The notes beneath the pieces are model-generated. The model ran no database searches. It was not told where the DNA came from and worked only from the letters and a program-made list of their open reading frames with translations. Below are positions 1 to 6,005 of a DNA stretch of 32,000 nucleotides, piece after piece. This DNA is from Flavobacteriaceae bacterium (GTDB lineage: Bacteria > Bacteroidota > Bacteroidia > Flavobacteriales > Flavobacteriaceae). A program made the translations under genes and the position numbers. The stretch covers positions 480,001 to 512,000 of the forward strand of contig OZ245049.1 in the NCBI GenBank assembly GCA_965224465.1, written 5' to 3'. Position 1 is the stretch's first letter; the number at the start of each line of letters is the position of its first letter.

Positions 1-964
1 CAGCAACCTTAAGACCATCAATTTCAGTTATGTAATGATGGTAGTAATAATTGAATTTACGGCATCGTTTTGGTTTTATTTTCTGTTTTTTGAGTTGTGA
101 CAACGTTTTTATCTTTGATCGAACTTCAATCTTACTGTTGTATTTATACATCCCAATAATATGAGTTGAACTACTAATGTTCCGTAGCTTTCTAAGTAAT
201 TTAACACTTGTAAACCAGGTGTCTATTAAGATGTAATCTATGGGGATTTTACGTTTTACAAGCCTTGAGAACATTTGAACTAGCAGGTCTGTTTTCTTTT
301 TATTGAGTTCCTGATACCTCTTTGCTGCAATTGTTTTACTACATCTTGGAGTTTTCTTTTGAAGCCTACGTTGCTTCGCCGTTAGACCGTATTTTAATTT
401 TGATGTTTTACTTTCACGATGCAAACTAAAGTCAACAGGGATAAATACACTTCCATTCCAATAACCAGCTACAAGTAGCTTAAAGCCTAGGTAATACGTT
501 TTTGACACATGGTTGTATATTTTTGAAACACCTTCAATTGTCTTTCCTGTTTTAGAAAGATCAGTATCGTCAAAGATCAAGCACTTTGTAGCGTCTTGAG
601 ATGGAGTAAAGAACTCTTCTTTTAATAGATATTGCTTCACAAACTGAGCTAGAAAAACCCTCCAATTTATCTTTTTATTTGCTAGGATTCGATAGTATGA
701 ATCTTTACCCGACTGACCTAATCCCTTGTCTTTACTACTTGTAAGTCCATGAATAGAATCAAATCCGATAATAGGTAAAATTAAAAGTGTAGAGATTAAA
801 TTACCGAATGAAATCCCCGATTTCTTACACCAACTAAACTTGTTTTTAATTTTATTGAATCCTAAAATATTTAGATGTGCTTGTAGGTATTCTGAACTAA
901 GCCAAATCTTATTAAATTTTCCTTTTATCTCCTGTGTTTTTGTGATATCTTCGTGTTCTAGCAT
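1..964 (-). CDS. IS4-type DDE transposase; its C-terminal part lies beyond base 1
   Basis: It is absent from the ORF track because no stop is reached inside the window. My translation of the minus strand from the ATG at 964-962 reads MLEHEDITKTQEIKGKF...KCLIFDDTDLSKTGKTIEGVSKIYNHV...SVFIPVDFSLHRE...IDYILIDTWFTSVKLL... and stays open to base 1. The FDDTD and LIDTWF acidic motifs are typical of IS4/DDE_Tnp_1 transposases. Confidence 0.7.
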   Translation of the reverse strand, partial: MLEHEDITKTQEIKGKFNKIWLSSEYLQAHLNILGFNKIKNKFSWCKKSGISFGNLISTLLILPIIGFDSIHGLTSSKDKGLGQSGKDSYYRILANKKINWRVFLAQFVKQYLLKEEFFTPSQDATKCLIFDDTDLSKTGKTIEGVSKIYNHVSKTYYLGFKLLVAGYWNGSVFIPVDFSLHRESKTSKLKYGLTAKQRRLQKKTPRCSKTIAAKRYQELNKKKTDLLVQMFSRLVKRKIPIDYILIDTWFTSVKLLRKLRNISSSTHIIGMYKYNSKIEVRSKIKTLSQLKKQKIKPKRCRKFNYYYHHYITEIDGLKVA

Positions 965-1089
965 GTTTTGTACTTTCTTGTTCGTACTTAAAAGTACAAT
1001 AAAACCAGGGGATTACCTTGGTTTTCATGCTATTTATTTTTACTTAAACACCTGTAAATGATGGGTGCGAAACTTGAGTTAATAATATA
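1..1089 (-). mobile_element. Partial IS4-family insertion sequence (transposase-proximal end)
   Basis: The transposase ORF plus about 125 bp of upstream sequence ends exactly where the RhuM-like reading frame is cut off (1090). I did not identify the terminal inverted repeat, so the boundary is inferred. Confidence 0.4.
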
Positions 1090-1443
1090 CTAGTGCAATA
1101 TTTCGGTTGCCCATTTTCGGAATTCTATGGCCCTGGGTGAGTTTACACGGTAGCCAACAGCCGTAATGGCACGTAAATTATAAAATTTGGTGTTGTATAT
1201 TTTTCCATCTTCGGCAGTGTGTCGGAAATCCCGACATACTGATTATTCTACTAATTCTCCATCAGAGAAAACACCTTGCAAATGTTCGGTAATGGTGCTT
1301 CTGCCTTTGTCAAATAATTGACTTATTAATTTTTGAGTAAGCCACAACGTATCGTCTTTAAAATACACCGCTATATTTACCTTAGCAGTAGCTGTTTTAA
1401 AGATGACAAAATTTTCAACTTTCAATTGTTCATTATTATCCAT
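1090..1443 (-). pseudogene. RhuM-family (virulence protein RhuM-like) gene remnant
   Basis: The N-terminus MDNNEQLKVENFVIFKTATAKVNIAVYFKDDTLWLTQKLISQLFDKGRSTITEHLQGVFSDGELVE is followed by an in-frame TAA at 1243-1245. The same frame then continues SVCRDFRHTAEDGKIYNTKFYNLRAITAVGYRVNSPRAIEFRKWATEILH and stops at 1090-1092. The motifs YNL-AI--VGYRV-S and FR-WAT match my memory of the RhuM family. Full-length members are about 300 aa, so this copy is also truncated. Confidence 0.6.
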
Positions 1444-1600
1444 TGTCAATGCTTTAATCATTACCAATCAATTTAGAATTTGTATTGCAGCTACGGTGCT
1501 TTTATTAAAACCTTTATTAGTTGCTACAATGGTTTTGCTCTTCATAATCAAAGTTATCATAGGGTTTTTATAGTTATAACTACTGCTTAAAGAAGCATAC

Positions 1601-1678
1601 AGCTCCGTAGGAGCAATACCTTTGTAAAAAGAAAAGCACAGAAATAAGCTAAGCTCCAGCGGAGCGACACCTTTATTG
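1601..1678 (+). repeat. REP-like hairpin doublet flanking the Y1 transposase (3' side)
   Basis: AGCTCC-GTA-GGAGC-AATACCTTTGTA (1601-1626) and AGCTCC-AGC-GGAGC-GACACCTTTAT (1652-1678). Each has a 5-bp stem and a 3-nt loop. Confidence 0.75.
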
Positions 1679-2134
1679 ATAGTAGTCAAATACATATTTC
1701 TCATTATAATTAATTTCAAATTTCTCTAAAAACTCTTGATACTCCTCTTTAAAAGTTTTTTTCTTATGATGCTCTGCTTGATTTAAAATATATTTTACGA
1801 CAACATCTAATTGAGATTTTGAATAGGTGAAAGCACCAAAACCTTCTTGCCATTTAAATTTGCCATTTATCCACTTTTCTTCATTTATCCATTTTGATGA
1901 ATTTGCTTTTATATCTCTTGCCATATCCGAAATAGCAACAGAAGGATGCAAACCAATTAATATGTGGGTATGGTCAGGATTGCAATAAACGGCTAATGGT
2001 TTAGAATTTTTATTAGATACAATACCACACATATACTTTTCTAACTGCTCTCTGTTATTTTCAGAAATCAGGTTTTGCCTTCCTTGCACAGCAAAAACTA
2101 TTTGAACTATTATTTGTGTGTATGTATTTGCCAT
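1673..2134 (-). CDS. IS200/IS605-family Y1 (HUH) transposase, REP-associated (RAYT-like), copy 1
   Basis: The 153-aa ORF carries an HUH motif (DHTHILIG) and the catalytic Tyr region (VKYILNQAEHH). Size and motifs fit the Y1_Tnp family (PF01797). ATG at 2134-2132. Confidence 0.85.
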   Translation of the reverse strand: MANTYTQIIVQIVFAVQGRQNLISENNREQLEKYMCGIVSNKNSKPLAVYCNPDHTHILIGLHPSVAISDMARDIKANSSKWINEEKWINGKFKWQEGFGAFTYSKSQLDVVVKYILNQAEHHKKKTFKEEYQEFLEKFEINYNEKYVFDYYQ

Positions 2135-2145
2135 TTATGTTAATT

Positions 2146-2214
2146 GTGTCGCACCTAGGGTGCTTATTAATGGATTGGAATAATTATCTACAAAGGTATT
2201 GCCTCTCTGAGGCA
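2146..2214 (-). repeat. REP-like hairpin doublet in inverted orientation (5' side of the Y1 transposase)
   Basis: GTGTC-GCACC-TAG-GGTGC (2146-2163) and TACAAAGGTAT-TGCCTC-TCT-GAGGCA (2189-2214). These correspond to reverse complements of the left-hand pair, with the shared tags GACAC and AATACCTTTGTA. Confidence 0.75.
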
Positions 2215-2220
2215 TCTTAA

Positions 2221-2533
2221 TTACTTTTGCTAACCATAGTTTAAAAGGCGCTGCTTTTTTGGAAGGAATAGATTGGATAATTCGCAAAGCCCCTTCGGTA
2301 TCCGCTGCTTGTATTTTTCTTTGTTTCCCCATCTGTAGCGGTTATTGCTACTAGGGTACAAATTGTACCCAGTTGGCACTAAGCGCTGTGTTACGGCTTC
2401 GCATTTTTTTAATATATTGTTTTAGATCTTTACTCTCAGATAACAATTGAACAATATCTTGAACAGAGAAAAACCATTTTTCACTATTTTCATCCCAATG
2501 TGTTCTTATACTTTGGTTTTGGAATAACTGTTT
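2221..2533 (-). pseudogene. Bro-N domain (phage antirepressor-like) gene remnant
   Basis: One frame reads KQLFQNQSIRTHWDENSEKWFFSVQDIVQLLSESKDLKQYIKKMRSRNTALSANWVQFVP**Q*PLQMGKQRKIQAADTEGALRIIQSIPSKKAAPFKLWLAKV. There is no start codon (a TAA lies immediately upstream) and there are three in-frame stops at 2342-2353. The frame is cut after LWLAKV by the REP doublet. The family call rests on the remembered IQSIPSPKAEPFK-WLA motif. Confidence 0.55.
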
Positions 2534-3134
2534 TTAGCAGTCAATTTCCCAAGCACTAATGTAAGTTAATTTTTCAGTTTTGTTCAATAAAATTGTAGAA
2601 TTTATTCTTGTTTTCGTTTGAGTGGCGGAGGGAAAGGCAAGCTCTTTTTGTTTTGTGAGGCACGAGCAAAATAAAATGTGCTTGACCGTTCGGTGGTTTT
2701 TTTTTAGCTTGCATACAACACCTCTATATCCACAATAACAAGCCAAAACTTGACGTTATTTCCGTAATAGCTACAATAGTGTGTGTTTATCCATTAATTT
2801 ATAAACCTGCTATATGCGGCATACAGCGTCCTTCAAATATACAAAAGAGATCCTTTTTGCACACTAACCTTTTAATTGTTTTTTATAAAAGTCCCCAACC
2901 ATTAGCCTCTGTTTTTCAGCACCTCAACAAGAGTACTTGTTCTTATCCTAAACGTGTAGTTTTTATAGTAGAGAGTTACGTTCTTTTTACGGGGAGCATT
3001 TAGGCGTATTTAGTAGTTTTCAGGTGTTTACTAGCTTCTTTAGATTATTTTTTCGGCGTTTTTAGAGGTATACAGGGAAGGAATTGGGTTTTTATTGTAG
3101 GGTACGTTTGGCAATCGTTGTAGAAAATATAGGA

Positions 3135-3221
3135 CAGCTCCTCCCCTTTTTGTATTTGAGTTTAAAGCGTATAGTTAACTTATACCAACCTAAATTTACT
3201 AGGGACGTTTTAGAAATAGAA
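3135..3221. repeat. Repeat B, copy B1
   Basis: CAGCTCCTCCCCTTTTTGTATTTGAGTTTAAAGCGTATAGTTAACTTATACCAACC...GACGTTTTAGAAATAGAA aligns with 5449-5535 and, for its last ~35 nt, with 5832-5866. Confidence 0.8.
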
Positions 3222-4312
3222 GGCTCAACTAGCATTTAGCGTTGTTATAAAAATTTTGTCATAATCAGTTTGGATATTGTTATATATTTTAATTGCATTT
3301 GAACGTTTCATTGAGTACTTAAGGACAGTAACTACCCAATTTGATTCTTTACGATATGAATCTTTAATTGTTTGCCAATTTAAATATTTTTGAAGATATT
3401 TTGTGGATACTCCTTTTAATTTTACGTTACAAAATGTCTTTAACCTACTATGCAAACTATTGATGTGCTGAATATGATAAGTCCCTTTGACTCGTTGGTT
3501 TTTACTACTGTTTAAAACATGATGCTCTAAATGTAAATCCTTACTAAACCCAGTAAAACTACGGTGTCCATCAGAACAAAATACGGTTCTATTATCTACC
3601 ATGCTTCCGATAGTGTTTTTTATATTACTCTTGGTAATTCTGCCCATATTTGTAAATTTAGAAACGCATAGTTCTGCTCTATCTTGGGTTGTTAATACCG
3701 TTGCGTATTCTTTTGTTATACCTGCCCCTTTCTTTTCGGATCTACTTCTGGGAGGTCTATGTACACACTTTTTACCTTTTTGACTGTGTAAATAAAAGGT
3801 CTCATCACTCTCGGTGATTCCTTTGAAATGACCTGTGGTTTCTTGGAACATAGCAGATAAAAAACGATGACGCCATCTAAATGCCGTCCCTGGATCTATG
3901 GAAAGATCCTTTCCTGTTTTAACCAAACTTAAATTCAATTCAAGTGTTTTTAAAAAGGCTGGTATGCGTTGCTTTTTGTGTATCCCAGCTAGCCAACTGC
4001 CGGTAAATTCAGTAAAAGTACGTTTACAATCTTTACATTTATAACGCCTGCTGTTTTTATCTACACCTGCTTTTATATAGTGATAGCCATTGCAGTAAGG
4101 GCATTCACCCCTTCTGTCATCTAAAGCATTCCCTCTCATTTTAATAATATCTACATAACTTCCTGATTTGCAAAGAGACTGAAATTCTTTAAGCAAAATA
4201 TCCTGCTTAGTTACATCTAGACAGTCAAAATATTTTAAAATAGCTGAATTATCCATAATGATTCTGTTTTTCAGTAAGTTACGAAATAAATACGCTATTT
4301 ACAAGTTGAGCC
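3222..4312 (-). mobile_element. Complete IS1595-family insertion sequence (1091 bp)
   Basis: The terminal inverted repeats GGCTCAACTAGCATTTAGCGT (3222-3242) and the reverse complement of 4292-4312 (GGCTCAACTTGTAAATAGCGT) match at 17 of 21 positions. A single transposase ORF ends inside the left repeat. Confidence 0.8.
3225..4256 (-). CDS. IS1595-family transposase (N-terminal zinc ribbon plus ISXO2-like DDE domain)
   Basis: 343 aa. Zinc ribbon CPYCNG...CKDCKRTF. DDE-type acidic motifs ITESDETF and VFCSDGHRSF, and a C-terminal HIQHINSLHSRLK. ATG at 4256-4254. Confidence 0.85.
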   Translation of the reverse strand: MDNSAILKYFDCLDVTKQDILLKEFQSLCKSGSYVDIIKMRGNALDDRRGECPYCNGYHYIKAGVDKNSRRYKCKDCKRTFTEFTGSWLAGIHKKQRIPAFLKTLELNLSLVKTGKDLSIDPGTAFRWRHRFLSAMFQETTGHFKGITESDETFYLHSQKGKKCVHRPPRSRSEKKGAGITKEYATVLTTQDRAELCVSKFTNMGRITKSNIKNTIGSMVDNRTVFCSDGHRSFTGFSKDLHLEHHVLNSSKNQRVKGTYHIQHINSLHSRLKTFCNVKLKGVSTKYLQKYLNWQTIKDSYRKESNWVVTVLKYSMKRSNAIKIYNNIQTDYDKIFITTLNAS

Positions 4313-4403
4313 ATAAAAATCTGCTGAACCATTACACTTAATGGCTGTGTGGCTTACTTGTTGACGACACACGATAAAATCGTGCGTTAGCGATGGCGGT
4401 TAT
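4313..4403. repeat. Repeat C, copy C1
   Basis: A 91-nt match to 5745-5835 with three substitutions that I could see. It contains the hairpins CCATTA-CACT-TAATGG and CACGAT-AAA-ATCGTG. It starts at the first base after the IS1595 right end. Confidence 0.85.
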
Positions 4404-4760
4404 TTGTGAGCCAGTGGGGGTTATCATTTGATGGAACATTAAAATACAATTCAAGAATATCGGTTAGTATTTTTTCAAGTATTTTCATTCCTTTTTTTAT
4501 CAAGTTTTTCTATTGCTTCTTCTAACTCACTTTTGTGTTTTTCATCTGTTTGTTTCATTCTCAACTTTCCATTATCAACTTTCAATTGTTCATTATTATC
4601 CATTGTCAATGCTTTAATCATTACCAATCAATTTAGAATTTGTATTGCAGCTACGGTGCTTTTATTAAAACCTTTATTAGTTGCTACAATGGTTTTGCTC
4701 TTCATAATCAAAGTTATCATAGGGTTTTTATAGTTATAACTACTGCTTAAAGAAGCATAC

Positions 4761-4838
4761 AGCTCCGTAGGAGCAATACCTTTGTAAAAAGAAAAGCACA
4801 GAAATAAGCTAAGCTCCAGCGGAGCGACACCTTTATTG
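4761..4838 (+). repeat. REP-like hairpin doublet (copy 2)
   Basis: Identical to 1601-1678 at offset 3160. Confidence 0.75.
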
Positions 4839-5294
4839 ATAGTAGTCAAATACATATTTCTCATTATAATTAATTTCAAATTTCTCTAAAAACTCTTGAT
4901 ACTCCTCTTTAAAAGTTTTTTTCTTATGATGCTCTGCTTGATTTAAAATATATTTTACGACAACATCTAATTGAGATTTTGAATAGGTGAAAGCTCCAAA
5001 ACCTTCTTGCCATTTAAATTTGCCATTTATCCACTTTTCTTCATTTATCCATTTTGATGAATTTGCTTTTATATCTCTTGCCATATCCGAAATAGCAACA
5101 GAAGGATGCAAACCAATTAATATGTGGGTATGGTCAGGATTGCAATAAACGGCTAATGGTTTAGAATTTTTATTAGATACAATACCACACATATACTTTT
5201 CTAACTGCTCTCTGTTATTTTCAGAAATCAGGTTTTGCCTTCCTTGCACTGCAAAAACTATTTGAACTATTATTTGTGTGTATGTATTTGCCAT
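4833..5294 (-). CDS. IS200/IS605-family Y1 transposase, RAYT-like, copy 2
   Basis: The protein is identical to the 1673-2134 product. The two nucleotide differences within the ORF are synonymous. Confidence 0.85.
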   Translation of the reverse strand: MANTYTQIIVQIVFAVQGRQNLISENNREQLEKYMCGIVSNKNSKPLAVYCNPDHTHILIGLHPSVAISDMARDIKANSSKWINEEKWINGKFKWQEGFGAFTYSKSQLDVVVKYILNQAEHHKKKTFKEEYQEFLEKFEINYNEKYVFDYYQ

Positions 5295-5305
5295 TTATAT
5301 TAATT

Positions 5306-5374
5306 GTGTCGCACCTAGGGTGCTTATTAATGGATTGGAATAATTATCTACAAAGGTATTGCCTCTCTGAGGCA
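5306..5374 (-). repeat. Inverted REP-like hairpin doublet (copy 2)
   Basis: Identical to 2146-2214 at offset 3160. Confidence 0.75.
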
Positions 5375-5448
5375 TCTTAATTACTTTTGCTAACCTTAGT
5401 TTAAAAGGCGCTGCTTTTTTGAAAGGAATAGATTGGATAATTCGCCAG

Positions 5449-5535
5449 CAGCTCCTCCCCTTTTTTGTATTTGAGTTTTATGCGTATAGTTAACTTATAC
5501 CAACCATTTCCAAGAGACGTTTTGAAATGGAACTA
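5449..5535. repeat. Repeat B, copy B2
   Basis: Aligns with 3135-3221. It starts 3 nt after the end of the 872-bp repeat. Confidence 0.8.
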
Positions 5536-5544
5536 TTTATATCA

Positions 5545-5673
5545 TCATTTTAGATTGTAATTCATATTGTTGGCATCAGAGATCATATTTCCGTTCTTGT
5601 CATAAGAATAAGCGTTCCCTGTATTTGTACCGTCTTTAAAGCCGTAGGTTTTCTTTCCTTTTTGGAAATGATA
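5545..5673 (-). pseudogene. Rhs/YD-repeat protein fragment
   Basis: My translation gives YHFQKGKKTYGFKDGTNTGNAYSYDKNGNMISDANNMNYNLK*. The Y-YD-NGNM--D pattern is the YD-repeat signature. There is no start codon and no further Rhs sequence. Confidence 0.4.
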
Positions 5674-5708
5674 AGGTGGAGGAAAATGTATGTGTAGGCA
5701 ACATGTAA

Positions 5709-5736
5709 AAAACCACAACATGATTGTTGTGGTTTT
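5709..5736. terminator. Perfect 12-bp hairpin with A/T runs on both sides (bidirectional terminator-like)
   Basis: AAAACCACAACA-TGAT-TGTTGTGGTTTT. Confidence 0.6.
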
Positions 5737-5744
5737 GATGTTTT

Positions 5745-5835
5745 ATAAAAATCTACTGAACCATTACACTTAATGGCTGTGTGGCTTACTTCTTGACGGC
5801 ACACGATAAAATCGTGCGTTAGCGATGGCGGTTAT
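5745..5835. repeat. Repeat C, copy C2
   Basis: See 4313-4403. Confidence 0.85.
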
Positions 5836-5866
5836 ACCAACCTATATTTCCAAGAGACGTTTTGGA
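5832..5866. repeat. Repeat B, partial copy B3 (tail only), fused to C2
   Basis: TTATACCAACCTATATTTCCAAGAGACGTTTTGG aligns with the tails of B1 and B2. It overlaps the end of C2 by the shared TTAT. Confidence 0.7.
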
Positions 5867-6005
5867 TTGTAGCTGGTAGTAAGTCAATTACCTCGGGGCA
5901 AGTCCACGAGGCATGAAAAAGAAAAAAATCTTAATCATTTCGATGCAAGCATCGGGAAATTAAACCTACTAGTGGGATTAAAGCAAGCTCAAACAATCCT
6001 CCTTT

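Larger units (their letters stand above)
1414..2285. repeat. 872-bp segmental repeat, copy 1 (partner 4574-5445)
   Basis: Direct alignment at a constant offset of 3160 nt. I found five substitutions (1835/4995, 2090/5250, 2139/5299, 2236/5396, 2262/5422). Confidence 0.9.
4574..5445. repeat. 872-bp segmental repeat, copy 2
   Basis: See 1414-2285. Confidence 0.9.

Noticed and set aside
840-1061. 73-aa plus-strand ORF with a TTG start
   Set aside because: It lies antisense to the 5' end of the IS4-type transposase and its upstream region, and its composition is hydrophobic junk.
1468-1719. 83-aa ORF (also at 4628-4879) containing KGVAPLEL...KGIAPTEL
   Set aside because: It is the translation of the two REP-like hairpins and their flanks and overlaps the transposase 3' end. 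Nothing supports it as coding.
2534-3003. Track ORFs 2534-2746 (-) and 2779-3003 (+)
   Set aside because: They are Cys-rich and low-complexity with no recognisable family. The first merely runs into the decayed Bro-N frame.
3205-3221. GTTTTAGA-type motif in the repeat B tails, considered as a CRISPR repeat or tracrRNA-like sequence
   Set aside because: There is no array of regularly spaced repeats and no cas genes anywhere in the window. The copies are parts of longer dispersed repeats.
4376-4403. GTGCG in repeat C, considered as a group II intron 5' end
   Set aside because: I found no domain V-like AGC...GNRA hairpin, no reverse transcriptase or maturase ORF, and the repeat is only 91 nt long.
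5583-5804. 73-aa ORF on the minus strand
   Set aside because: It spans the 12-bp terminator hairpin and repeat C2. The only recognisable coding signal here, the YD-repeat fragment, is in a different frame.
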